The notes: generated by a model from the letters alone, not told the origin. A stretch of 64,000 nucleotides of DNA from Hypanus sabinus (GCF_030144855.1 NC_082736.1:6324001-6388000); one strand, 5' to 3'. Shown: positions 36,512-49,479, counted from the first letter of the stretch. A program made the numbers and translations.

Positions 36512-39500
36512 TGTCGTGGTTTCTCGTGCCCCAGAAATGACCAAGAGACGCAGAAGATTCTTCAAGAAGGGTTAAACTTTAATTTGCAAATCAAAGCTGA
36601 GACAGTCATTGAGCGAGTCGCTGATTGCCCACTGATCCCTGGACACAGCATTTTTTATATCAATCTCCTGTTCCAGTTTCACACGTACAACACGTATGTC
36701 CCATTGACTTAATCATGTTCTAATCTACAGCTCTCAGCTGCCTCTCATTAACACTCCATTGTCTTCTACATTCTTAATATTTCATTCTCCTACTAAATTG
36801 GGTACATGCATAGCAAATAGCAAACTCAGAACTGAGCAAAATAATAGCAAACTCAGAACTGAGCAAAGTTCTAATCTACATCTCTTTAGCTGCCTCTCAT
36901 TAACACACCATTGTCTTTTACATTCCTAGGATTTCATTTGGGTCACATGCATAGCAAGCTGACTACAACTTTTATACTCCATAATATTTTTATATTCCAA
37001 TACTTCCCCCCTTTGAGACCCAGAGAAAAGACTAAGAGTCCACGCATAAAAGCCCCAATAAACTCAAACACTTATTCCCAAATCTCGGGTTAAACTATAA
37101 TTTTCTGCGCCAAGACCTCAAAGTATTTTCTCCCTTTTACCCTGGGCCGCTGATCCAAAAATATGTCCCTCTGTACCTGAGACAGGGAAAGAGACTCATA
37201 AGCCCTTACAATCTACTCCCACACTGTCGTTTTGCTCTTGTTCATCCTGCAGGTGTTGTAGGCTGTAACGATACATTTTCGGTGCTTCTTTCTCCACTAA
37301 GCTTGCTTCAGTAATTGCCACGAGCATCGGAAATTGTTCGGTTGCAGCACGCACTACAAGAGACTTGATACAAGGAAGAAAACAGCACAGCACAAGCGCA
37401 CAGCTCAATAATACAATACTGACAGTTATTGCTATTTTAGTCAGCAATGCTCCCCATCCTCCGAGTCTACTTTCTAACCAATCAAAAAACTGACGTCCGA
37501 ACCCTGCATTCTGTTTGACCTCCGTCTGCAGATTCTTTAATTTATTCATTGCTCTGGTGAAAAACCCTTCGGGCTAGTATTGTTCAGTATGAAAGTGCAG
37601 CATTGTTCTCCAAACATTACACACACACACACCCTTTTTCTGCCAAAAGCCAATCCAATGTTTTCAGGGTTCCATTAATTCTCTCTACCTTGCCCTGCGA
37701 CTGAGGGTGGTGTACACATCCAAATCTTTGCTTTATCCTCAGCGCCTGTAGTACCAGTTTGACCACTTTCTGGATAAAAGCTGAACCGTTGTCTGAGCTA
37801 ACTTCTGTAGGTATTCCAAACCTTGGGATCACTTCATTTGTCAGAAATTTTATCACTGTCTTTGCCCCTTGATCTTTTGAAGGTACTGCCTCCACCCATC
37901 TGCTAAATCGATCAATTACTACCAGCATGTATCTTTTCCCTCTCACTGTCTTTATCATGTCTACGTAATCGATCACTAGATGCTTAAATGGTCCTTCAGG
38001 TACAGGAATGTGACCTATTGGGGTTGTAATTCCCTTTTGAACATTATTCTGTGCGCATACCTCGCACTGTGACAAGACAAAGTCCACTGAAGTCTGTAAA
38101 TAACGTGACCAAAAACCATCCTTCTTTATTTTCTTTATCACTACCCCCCGCCCCCCTTGCACAATGGTCCATCCCATGCGCTTCTGAAATCAGAATCGTC
38201 AGTAGAGGGGTGGGAGCTACCAACAAACCGTTTTCCATGCTTCACAAGCCTTCCGGGCTCTGCTTGGCCCCCCTTTTTCTCCACATTGTCTGTTCTGCCA
38301 AAGTTGCCTTACATAATATTTGAATTAGGTCCTGTACCTCAGGTTCTGGAGTTAGTCTTACCTGGGGGGCAATGACAGCTGATGGACACCCAGACGCTTT
38401 TTTGGCTGCCTCGTCCGCAGCTTGATTTCCCTTTGTTATTACATCATTTCCCTTTTTATGTGCCTGGTATTTTACTATAGCCAATGCTTTAGGTTTCATG
38501 ATGGCATTTATTAAATCTAGAATTTGCTGACAATGTTGTATGGGATCTCATTTTAATTAACGGGAATTTTTTACTCAGAAGCTCTACTACCCTTCCTTTA
38601 CCTGTAATGTTATTTTCTCTTTTAAGGTATTTCAGAGATTCTCAGTTTGTTTACTGGATAATATTATTTATTCTAATTCTACACCTAGTCCTAGTCTAAC
38701 ATCACATGGACTTTTTCTTCCTATAACACCACGTGGACTTTTTCTTCCTAGTCTAACACCACGTGGACTTTTTCTTAACTAAACTTACTCTAATTCTATG
38801 CCTAGTCTATTTTCCTTTCCCTGCCCGTTCAGCCTTTCGTTTCATACGAAGTGGTACCCACAGGGATTTACGAACACCACGTGGACTTTTTCTTAACTTA
38901 ACTTCTTATTAACTTATTTGTACTTACCTTCACTGCATTGTTCTTGATCAATCCTCTGAGCCTCCTCTGTTAACCCCCAATCCTGCCAGATTCTTTGGAC
39001 CGGAGAGACCCTTCGGCAGTGGTTCCACACTTCTGAGACTACAAGACCTCCCCAAAGCCAACAGAATTCTTAGTCCAAATTGTTGCAAAAGCGCTTACCT
39101 TTTGTTTGGGTGCACCCTTAATTCTGTTAGCCTTGTGGGAGTCCCTGGAGGAATGGGAAGCGTCCCCTATCTGCCGTTTCCTTTCTGCGAGTCTCTTTCC
39201 GGTCCTGCCACGGTCGCCAATTTTGTCGTGGTTTCTCGTGCCCCAGAAATGACAAGAGACACAGAAGATTCTTCAAGAAGGGTTAAACTTTAAATTGCAA
39301 ATCAAAGCTGAAACAGTCATTGAGCTAGTCACTGATTACCCACCGATCCCCAGACACAGCAGATTTTATATCTATCTCCTCCTCCAGTTTCACAGGTACC
39401 ACAAGTATGTCCAATTGACTTAATCATGCTCTAATCTACATCTCTTAGCTGCCTCTCATTAACACAACATTGTCTTCAACATTCTTAAGATTTCATTCTC

Positions 39501-39741
39501 CTACTAAATTGGGTACATGCATAGCAAATAGCAAACTCAGAACGGAGCAAAATAATAGCAAACTCAGAACTGACCAATGTTCTAATCTACATCTCTTTAG
39601 CTGCCTCTCATTAACACACCATTGTCTTTTACATTCCTAGGATTTCATTTTGGTTACATGCATAGCAAGCTGACTACATAGTATTGGTTACACAACAAAT
39701 AATACAACTTTTATACTCCATAATATTTTTATTGTCCAATA
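36512..39741 (-). mobile_element. Internally deleted class I (epsilon/gamma-like) ERV, copy 1
   Basis: LTRs 36512-37002 and 39224-39741, TSD TCAG, PBS TGGCGACCGTGGCAGGAC (39202-39219), PPT AAAGGGGGGAAG, RH/IN/env-TM remnants. Confidence 0.92.
39202..39219 (-). promoter_or_regulatory. ERV primer-binding site, tRNA-Arg(TCG)-like
   Basis: Complementary to ...GTCCTGCCACGGTCGCCA, matching the vertebrate tRNA-Arg(TCG) 3' end as recalled; second copy at 43171-43188. Confidence 0.75.
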
Positions 39742-40481
39742 TCAGTCTCTGGTACAGTGTGAGAGTGTGGGGTTGATTCTATCCCTGTCACTCTCTGGTA
39801 CAGTGTGACAGTATGGGGTTCATTCTGTACCTGTCAGTCTCTGGTACAGTGTGAGAGTGTGGGGTTCATTCTGTACCTGTCAGTCTCTGGTACAGTGTGA
39901 GAGTGTGGGGTTGATTCCGTATCTGTCAGTCTCTGGTACAGTGTGAGAGTGTGGGGTTCATTCTGTACCTGTCACACTCTGGTACAGTGTGAGAGTGTGG
40001 GTTTCATTCTGTCCCTGTCAGTCTCTGGTACAGTGTGAGAGTGTGGGGTTCATTCTGTACCTGTCAGTCTCTGGTACAGTGTGAGAGTGTGGGGTTCATT
40101 CTGTATCTGTTAGTCTGAGGTACAGTGTGATCATGTGGGGTCCATTCTGTCCCTGTCAGTCTCTGGTACAGTGTGAGCGTGTGGGGTTCATTCTGTCCCT
40201 GTCAATCTCTGTTACAGTGCAAGATTGTGGGGTTCATTCTCTACCTGTCAGTCTCTGGTAAAGTGTGAGAGTGTGGGGTTCATTCTGTCTCTGTCAGTCT
40301 ATGGTACAGTGTGATCTTGTGGGGTTCATTCTGTATCTGTCAGTCTCTGGTACAGTGTGAGAGTGTGGGGTTCAATCTGTATCTGACAGTCTTTGCTACA
40401 GTGTGAGAGTGTGGGGTTTATTCTGTACCTGTCACTCTCTGGTACAGTGTGAGTCCATGGGGTTCATTCTGTATCTGTCAG
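39742..40481. repeat. 46-bp satellite array (about 16 units)
   Basis: Same unit as 35993-36511. Confidence 0.95.
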
Positions 40482-43400
40482 TGTCGTGGTTTCTCGTGCC
40501 CCAGAAATGACCAAGAGACGCAGAAGATTCTTCAAGAAGGGTTAAACTTTAATTTGCAAATCAAAGCTGAGACAGTCATTGAGCGAGTTGCTGATTGCCC
40601 ACCGATCCCCGGACACAGCATTTTTTATATCAATCTCCTGTTCCAGTTTCACACGTACAACACGTATGTCCCATTGACTTAATCATGTTCTAATCTACAG
40701 CTCTCAGCTGCCTCTCATTAACACTCCATTGTCTTCTACATTCTTAATATTTCATTCTCCTACTAAATTGGGTACATGCATAGCAAATAGCAAACTCAGA
40801 ACTGAGCAAAATAATAGCAAACTCAGAACTGACCAATGTTCTAATCTACATCTCTTTAGCTGCCTCTCATTAACACACCATTGTCTTTTACATTCCTAGG
40901 ATTTCATTTTGGTCACATGCATAGCAAGCTGACTACAACTTTTATACTCCATAATATTTTTATATTCCAATACTTCCCCCCTTTGAGACCCAGAGAAAAG
41001 ACTAAGAGTCCACGCATAAAAGCCCCAATAAACTCAAACACTTATTCCCAAATCTCGGGTTAAACTATAATTTTCTGCGCCAAGACCTCAAAGTATTTTC
41101 TCCCTTTTACCCTGGGCCGCTGATCCAAAAACATGTCCCTCTGTACCTGAGACAGGGAAAGAGACTCATAAGCCCTTACAATCTACTCCCACACTGTCGT
41201 TTTGCTCTTGTTCATCCTGCAGGTGTTGTAGGCTGTAACGATACATTTTCGGTGCTTCTTTCTCCACTAAGCTTGCTTCAGTAATTGCCACGAGCATCGG
41301 AAATTGTTCGGTTGCAGCACGCACTACAAGAGACTTGATACAAGGAAGAAAACAGCACAGCACAAGCGCACAGCTCAATAATACAATACTGACAGTTATT
41401 GCTATTTTAGTCAGCAATGCTCCCCATCCTCCGAGTCTACTTTCTAACCAATCAAAAAACTGACGTCCGAACCCTGCATTCTGTTTGACCTCCGTCTGCA
41501 GATTCTTTAATTTATTCATTGCTCTGGTGAAAAACCCTTCTGGGCTAGTATTGTTCAGTATGAAAGTGCAGCATTGTTCTCCAAACATTACACACACACA
41601 CCCTTTTTCTGCCAAAAGCCAATCCAATGTTTTCAGGGTTTCATTAATTCTCTCTACCTTGCCCTGTGACTGAGGGTGGTGTACACATCCAAATCTTTGC
41701 TTTATCCTCAGCGCCTGTAGTACCAGTTTGACCACTTTCTGGATAAAAGCTGAACCGTTGTCTGAGCTAACTTCTGTAGGTATTCCAAACCTTGGGATCA
41801 CTTCATTTGTCAGAAATTTTATCACTGTCTTTGCCCCTTGATCTTTTGAAGGTACTGCCTCCACCCATCTGCTAAATCGATCAATTACTACCAGCATGTA
41901 TCTTTTCCCTCTCACTGTCTTTATCATGTCTACGTAATCGATCACTAGATGCTTAAATGGTCCTTCAGGTACAGGAATGTGACCTATTGGGGTTGTAATT
42001 CCCTTTTGAACATTATTCTGTGCGCATACCTCGCACTGTGACAAGACAAAGTCCACTGAAGTCTGTAAATAACGTGACCAAAAACCATCCTTCTTTATTT
42101 TCTTTATCACTACCCCCCGCCCCCCTTGCACAATGGTCCATCCCATGCGCTTCTGAAATCAGAATCGTCAGTAAAGGGGTGGGCGCTACCAACAAACCGT
42201 TTTCCGTGCTTCACAAGCCTTCCGGGCTCTGCTTGGCCCCCCTTTTTCTCCACATTGTCTGTTCTGCCAAAGTTGCCTTACCTTATATTTGAATTAGGTC
42301 CTGTACCTCAGGTTCTGGAGTTAGTCTTACCTGGGCAGCAATGACAGCTGATGAACACCCAGACGCTTTTCTGGCTGCCTCGTCCGCAGCTTGATTTCCC
42401 TTTGTTATTACATCATTTCCCTTTTTATGTGCCTGGTATTTTACTATAGCCAATGCTTTAGGTTTCATGATGGCGTTTATTAAGTCTAGAATTTGCTGAC
42501 AATGTTGTATGGGATCTCATTTTAATTAACGGGAATTTTTTACTCAGAAGCTCTACTACCCTTCCTTTACCTGTAATGTTATTTTCTCTTTTAAGGTATT
42601 TCAGAGATTCGCAGTTTGTTTACTGGATAATATTATTTATTCTAATTCTACACCTAGTCCTAGTCTAACATCACATGGACTTTTTCTTCCTATAACACCA
42701 CGTGGACTTTTTCTTCCTAGTCTAACACCACGTGGACTTTTTCTTAACTAAACTTACTCTAATTCTATGCCTAGTCTATTTTCCTTTCCCTGCCCGTTCA
42801 GCCTTTAGTTTCATACGAAGTGGTACCCACAGGGATTTACGAACACCACGTGGACTTTTTCTTAACTTAACTTCTTATTAACTTATTTGTACTTACCTTC
42901 ACTGCATTGTTCTTGATCAATCCTCTGAGCCTCCTCTGTTAACCCCCAATCCTGCCAGATTCTTTGGACCGGAGAGACCCTTCGGCAGTGGTTCCACACT
43001 TCTGAGACTACAAGACCTCCCCAAAGCCAACAGAATTCTTAGTCCAAATTGTTGCAAAAGCGCTTACCTTTTGTTTGGGTGCACCCTTAATTCTGTTAGC
43101 CTTGTGGGAGTCCCTGGAGGAATGGGAAGCGTCCCCAATCTGTCGTTTCCTTTCAGCGAGTCTCTGTCCGGTCCTGCCACGGTCGCCAGTTTTGTCGTGG
43201 TTTCTCGTGCCCCAGAAATGACAAGAGACACAGAAGATTCTTCAAGAAGGGTTAAACTTTAAATTGCAAATCAAAGCTGAAACAGTCATTGAGCTAGTCA
43301 CTGATTACCCACCGATCCCCAGACACAGCAGATTTTATATCTATCTCCTCCTCCAGTTTCACAGGTACCACAAGTATGTCCAATTGACTTAATCATGCTC

Positions 43401-43710
43401 TAATCTACATCTCTTAGCTGCCTCTCATTAACACAACATTGTCTTCAACATTCTTAAGATTTCATTCTCCTACTAAATTGGGTACATGCATAGCAAATAG
43501 CAAACTCAGAACGGAGCAAAATAATAGCAAACTCAGAACTGACCAATGTTCTAATCTACATCTCTTTAGCTGCCTCTCATTAACACACCATTGTCTTTTA
43601 CATTCCTAGTATTTCATTTTGGTTACATGCATAGCAAGCTGACTACATAGTATTGGTTACACAACAAATAATACAACTTTTATACTCCATAATATTTTTA
43701 TTGTCCAATA
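40482..43710 (-). mobile_element. Internally deleted class I ERV, copy 2
   Basis: LTRs 40482-40972 and 43193-43710, TSD TCAG; near-identical to copy 1, offset 3970 bp. Confidence 0.92.
41166..42146 (-). CDS. Chimeric ERV integrase core-env TM ORF (326 aa)
   Basis: IN CxxC plus D,D,E (VIDY, SDNG, VERIN) joined in frame to LDWLLAEKG, CX6CC and a hydrophobic TM segment ITVSIVLLSCALVLCCFLP; expression unknown. Confidence 0.6.
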   Translation of the reverse strand: MGWTIVQGGRGVVIKKIKKDGFWSRYLQTSVDFVLSQCEVCAQNNVQKGITTPIGHIPVPEGPFKHLVIDYVDMIKTVRGKRYMLVVIDRFSRWVEAVPSKDQGAKTVIKFLTNEVIPRFGIPTEVSSDNGSAFIQKVVKLVLQALRIKQRFGCVHHPQSQGKVERINETLKTLDWLLAEKGCVCVMFGEQCCTFILNNTSPEGFFTRAMNKLKNLQTEVKQNAGFGRQFFDWLESRLGGWGALLTKIAITVSIVLLSCALVLCCFLPCIKSLVVRAATEQFPMLVAITEASLVEKEAPKMYRYSLQHLQDEQEQNDSVGVDCKGL

Positions 43711-44357
43711 TCAGTCTCTGGTACAGTGTGAGAGTGTGGGGTTGATTCTATCCCTGTCACTCTCTGGTACAGTGTGACAGTATGGGGTTCATTCTGTACC
43801 TGTCAGTCTCTGGTACAGTGTGAGAGTGTGGGGTTCATTCTGTACCTGTCAGTCTCTGGTACAGTGTGAGAGTGTGTGGTTGATTCTATCCCTGTCACTC
43901 TCTGGTACAGTGTGACAGTATGGGGTTCATTCTGTATCTGTCAGTCTCTGGTACAGTGTGAGAGTGTGGGGTTCATTCTGTACGCATCAGTCTCTGGTAC
44001 AGTGTGAGAGTGTGGGGTTCATTCTGTACCTGTCAGTCTCTGGTACAGTGTGAGAGTGTGGGGTTCATTCCGTATCTGTCAGTCTCTGCTACAGTGTGAG
44101 AGTGTGGGGTTCATTCTGTACCTGTCACACTCTGGTACAGTGTGAGAGTGTGGGTTTCATTCTGTCCCTGTCAGTCTCTGGTACAGTGTGAGAGTGTGGG
44201 GTTCATACTGTACCTGTCAGTCTCTGGTACAGTGTGAGAGTGTGGGTTTCATTCCGTATCTGTTAGTCTGAGGTACAGTGTGATCATGTGGGGTCCATTC
44301 TGTCCCTGTCAGTCTCTGGTACAGTGTGAGCGTGTGGGGTTCATTCTGTTCCTGTCA
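43711..44357. repeat. 46-bp satellite array (about 14 units)
   Basis: Same unit. Confidence 0.95.
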
Positions 44358-44359
44358 TT

Positions 44360-44592
44360 CTCTTTACTTCACCCGTCCCCTTTCAGGATTCACCTTGCAC
44401 CTTGTTTTCTCTCTCCCCTACCCCCAACTTTTAAACCTACTTTTCAGCTTTTCCTCTCCACTCTGCTAAAGGATTTTGGCCTGAAACATTGACTACTTTT
44501 TTCCCTATAAATGCTGCCCGGCCTGATGCGTTCCTTCAACATTCTGTGTGTGTTGCTCGGATTTCCAGCATCTACAGAGTTTCTCTTGTTTG
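44360..44592 (+). mobile_element. Penelope-like 3' end with a degenerate hammerhead
   Basis: CTGCTAAAGGATTTTGGCCTGAAACATTGAC...ATTTCCAGCATCTACAGA. Confidence 0.6.
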
Positions 44593-46059
44593 TGAATCAA
44601 TGTTGTATATTGGTATCTCAGGGATGATGTATCTGGTTACATTGAACTACTCTGAATGGACTTTGTAGCAGAGCATCCAGCGCAACAAGACCAGACCTTT
44701 AAATCGAACTCTGGGCTTGTGATAAATATGTAACTTCCCTGTAGTCTCTGTGGGAGGGTTTGAATGGTGTGTATTGTGTAGCAACATTCGGGCTGATGGA
44801 TTTTAGAATAATTTTGACTGTAGATATGTAACCAGTGTGTCTACAGTGATCAGCGATGGGACCTTTGTCTGATCAGATTCAAATACACACGTGCTGATCA
44901 GATCACTGATGACATGAAAGTTGGTGCTGTTGTGGGTGGTGAGGAAGGTTGTCAAATGGACAGAACTGGATGCAGACCAGTTGGAAACAGGGACGGAGAA
45001 ATAGGGGACAGAGTTTAATCTGGACGTGTGAGGAGTTTTATGGGTCAAATGTTGGAGGAAACTCCATAGTAAATGGCAACACCCTTAGAAGCGCTGATAC
45101 ACTGAGGGACCTTGCTGTGTCTGTACATGTCATCCTGCAAGTGACATTGAAGGGAAATAAACTGCTAAGATCAAAGAGGGGGAACAGTGGGAGGATTTGG
45201 GGGGGGGTCTGTGTAGGGTAATGTAATGGGTGGAAATCTCCATAATTAATGACCATCAACATTGAGTTGTGTTTCTCTTTAAGAAGCTGGACTGATGTTA
45301 TGATGCAATTACGAGAAGTTTTATTTAAACTGTTTTTACATTTGTTTTTGGAGGACAATAAATGAGTTATAGTGTTCCTTAAACAGAAAATGCCTCATCT
45401 CATTTTGTTTGTGAAAACCCACAGTAACGTACTGGGTAACAAGTGACCAGTAGCTTTCACACCACAAGAATACCGCCGTATCAATCTGCAACGAGAAAGC
45501 CTGATCACATTCTCTTCAGGTTCAATGGCATTGCTGACTCTGAGTTTACCACCGTCAAATGCCAGCAGGGTCACAATCAGCAGAAACTCTTACAAAGCAA
45601 CCCTGTAAGTATTGTGTGTCTTCGGAGGTCTGTGGGACATACCCAGAGTATGAAGCTTATACTATTGGAGAGAGACAAACTGAGCCAAGTCACGGCTTGA
45701 TGGGCGGAGAGGAAAACAGAATTTGATGTTGTTTCCTTATGTCTGAACTCTGGCCGGTTAGAAGTGTCGCTCCTCCGAATAGTGTTCAGCCTCACTGGAA
45801 CAGAGTGACATCAGACATCAACACAAAAACTGAAATAATCTCAGCTAAAATGTTGTCTTTCACCTGTTGATCTTCCTTGCAAATATTTCACAGGATAGAA
45901 AAGGCAAAGAATTTCTGACTGAGAATCTCAAACACAACGGTGTGTCAGGTCTGATGTGTCTGCCAGTTCTCCAGCATTTGAAGGCTACCAATCATTGAAT
46001 GTGAAGGAGGAGATGGTTGAGAAGACAGCACACCAGTCTGAACAAGGAGAACCCAAATA

Positions 46060-46560
46060 CACGGACATGTCCTTGATCTGACCTGATAAATGGCCACAGA
46101 GTTGATACCATTCACCGCCTCTCATTTTGCCAGGGATTCACCAGGCCACTGAACCTGCAGACACACCAGCCAGTTCACAGGGGGAAAGGCCATTCACCTG
46201 CTCTGTGTGTGAGATGTAATTCATTCAGTCACATGAGCTCTTACAACACCAGTCAGTTCACATGGGGAGAGGCATTTCACCTGCTCCGTGTGTGGGACGG
46301 GATTCATTCAGTCACATGAGCCCATACAACACCAGCCAGGTCACACCAGTGAGCAGCTAGACTTGGCTCAGTTGTCTCTGTCTCTCAGTGTAGCTTCACA
46401 CCTGTTCCGAGCGTGGGACGGGATTCATTCAGTTCACCCACTTTGTGAGGCTCCAGTGAGTTTATCATACATAGAGGACAAACTTCGGTCTTGTGTCAGC
46501 AAAGAAATTTACTCAGTCATCCCACCTGCTGAGACACTGGCAACTTCACATCAGGGAGGA
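46060..46560 (+). pseudogene. C2H2 zinc-finger gene remnant
   Basis: PFTCSVCEM*FIQSHELLQHQSVH and FTCSVCGTGFIQSHEPIQHQPGHTSE at about 84-bp spacing, with stops and frameshifts. Confidence 0.8.
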
Positions 46561-46979
46561 AGTTGAAATAAGCTCTAGGTGAACATTTTAACCATCATGG
46601 TGACTGAATCTAGTTGGAAGTTCATGTGACACTCTTCATGTAATATTCAGCAGATACTGTGGCTGTTCATCACACCCAGGACTGAACCCTGGTTACTGAG
46701 CATTGGAGGGTTGTTCTGCTAATGTTAGTCTGAAAATACACAGTCATTAATACTGTGGATCTGTGACAAATTAATCAGCTCTATTTCAAATCCTGTGTCT
46801 CAGGTGCTTCCTGCCTGTCACACAGCTAATTTACAGTAGAGAGGCCACTCAGTCCATCAGGTACCTGCTGGTGTTCCTATTCCACACCAGAGTTTTCAAA
46901 TCCTTCCCTGCTGTTCCCTTCTCACTCACCCTATAATATTCAGGTTGCAACTGGTCACTAGTCTGTGAATGCAGAGGTT

Positions 46980-47270
46980 CACTCTGTGAAAGAGATACAG
47001 GGCTGGAGAAATGGAGTCTGAGGCAAGAGAACAGAAGGCCATGGAAGAAAGAAAAGAGGGAAGGAACACCGGAGGGAGGTGATGGGCAGGCAATGAGAGG
47101 GAAAAGGGGATGGGGAATGAGGAGGGAGGGGAGGCATGACAGGAAGATCAAGAAATCGATGTTCATGCCATCAGATTGGAGGCTACCCAGGTGGAATACA
47201 AGGTGTTGTTCCTCCTACCTGAGCGTGGCCTCATTGCGACAGTGTAGGAGGCCATGGATTGTCATTTCCA
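46980..47270 (-). mobile_element. Penelope-like 3' fragment
   Basis: Homologous to 31260-31560 (TIHGLLHCRNEATLR, MNIDF). Confidence 0.75.
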
Positions 47271-47279
47271 TTGAGTATA

Positions 47280-49450
47280 TTGTTTGTGCAAGCTCGCTGT
47301 GTTGAAGTAGCTGGGTGAGTTTTCTGCATTCAAACATTGACTGATTTTGAAACATGTGGCATAGAACCAGCATTTGCCTGCTCAAATTAATCCAGTATAT
47401 TAACACCTTCCTTTCCCAAAATATAATTCAACCACTCTATTACCGTACATTCCATAAATTTACACAAATAGGACATTTAACTAGAAGGATCCAACTGGGG
47501 TTTCCCAGATTTTAGAATAGACACTACAATTGCTATTTTCCATGAGGAGGGATGATGGCCTGAACTCCGATTGTGATTCACAAAATGTAACATTATCTCA
47601 AGAGTTGTTGGCCATACATTTAAACATACATGTTTAAATCCATCAAATCCATGTTTAAACATGGATCATCCTTTCCTGGAGTCGTCTGACCTGTACTCTT
47701 AATAGGTTTTCTTAAATTCACTCAAAGCAAACCTTACATCGCTATCATTGCTACAGCTGGTTTCCAACACATTGAGGTATACTCTTAAAACCTAATCCCT
47801 ACATTGTTTAGTTACTTTATTATTTTGATTATGAATTGCAGCAGATGACTGAGCCAGTAACTCAACCTACTTTCTTTTAGGAACAAATGCATTACCTTCT
47901 TTAATCAATACTGGGAACCCTATGAATCCTGCACCCCCATTTTCTTAATCATTCCCCAAACATCTCCAAGTTTAATAGTCCTTCCAATACTATCACAATA
48001 TGACCTCTAGTCTGTGGTGGCCAGTGCTATCATGTTTGCTGTAGTGTGCTTGGGCAGCAGGCTGAGGGTAGCAGACACCAACAGAATCAACAAACTCATT
48101 TGCAAGGCCAGTGATGTTGTGGGGGTGGAACTGGACTCTCTGAAGGTGGTGTCTGAAAAGAGGATGCTGTCCAAGTTGCATGCTATCTTGGACAATGTCT
48201 CCCATCCACTCCATAATTTGTTGGTTAGGCACAGGAGCACATTCAGCCAGAGACTCATTCCACTGAGATGCATCACTGAGCGTCATAGGAAGTCATCCCT
48301 GCCTGTGGCCATCAAACATTACAACTCCACCCTCGGAGTGTCAGACACCCTGAGCCAATACGCTGATCCTGGACTTATTTCCACTCAGCACTTTTTACTT
48401 ACTAGTATTACATTTTTTATGGTTTTATATTGCTGTATTTCTACACTATTCTTGGTTGGTGCAACTGTAACAAAACCTGATTTCCCTCGGGATCGATAAA
48501 GTACGTCTGTCTTTAACTTGCTTTCACAAGTTTCATTACTTCGCTCACCACGGCCTGTGACCTGTTACACTTAATAAGATCACGCGGAGAGTGATACTTC
48601 ATAACTTTCCAAAATGCCACATTTCTCTGAATAATTGCCTCAGCACACTGCTCCATGCACCATGGTACAGCTTTTCTCCTATTAATGCCCTTCTTAATAT
48701 GAATTTCTTACACCAGTTTGATGAATAATGTGACAACCTTTCTTTGTAGAAATCCACATCATCCTCACCATTCAGCCCAGACAGACGTTCTGTTCATCAC
48801 ATAAAACATTAAAACTTCTCCCAATTTGCTTTACCAAAGTTCCACCTGCTGAAAGTGGCCTCTTAACCCCGATATAAATCTAAACCCAGGCTTATAAACA
48901 GAGGAAACTGCTCACTCCCCAGTGTTCCATCTCCCATGACATTCCACTCACTCACTCACTCCAGCCTGATGTTTGAAACTAAAGTTAAATTTACAGCAGT
49001 TTCAGAACTATTATGGACATTAAATCTCGTGACTCTCCCACCAGTAAGGTACACAAGATGTGAAATATCTAAAAGTCTTCTACAATCAAACCATGGCCAT
49101 CTTTCTGAAAACAACCCCACAGTGAACTCTATGCATTAAAATCCCCAAACATACAACCCTTAGTGAGCTAGAGCTACATATACTCTCCAACAAATAAATC
49201 CAACCTTTCCACAATGGTTATAATAATAAAACACTTCAATGCCCCTACCTGTTGAATGAAATACTTCTACAAGTGCCTCACACATTTCATTTACATCCTC
49301 AACTCTGTGCCCTCTGCCTTTCTATATAAAACTTGCAACACCACTACCTCTACCAAAACTCCACCTCCTGAAAGTGGCCTATTGACCCCGATATAAGTGT
49401 AAACCCTGACTTATAAATAAATCTATCACGCCTAATAACGATATAATCCT
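47280..49450 (-). mobile_element. Degenerate LINE (Nimb/I-like) with a nested Rex fragment at 48008-48512 (+)
   Basis: WKIAIVVSILKSGKPQLDPSS motif; nested ORF 48014-48499 matches the Rex family at 17150-17500. Confidence 0.55.
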
Positions 49451-49479
49451 GGAAGGAAGAACTTAAATGCGTTAACAAC

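Noticed and set aside
36508-40481. Site-specific ERV targeting of the satellite
   Set aside because: Shared flanking variant monomers and shared LTR asymmetry point to duplication of one insertion
35993-44357. Regular 46-bp repeats resembling a CRISPR array
   Set aside because: No unique spacers, eukaryotic context and no cas genes; a simple satellite
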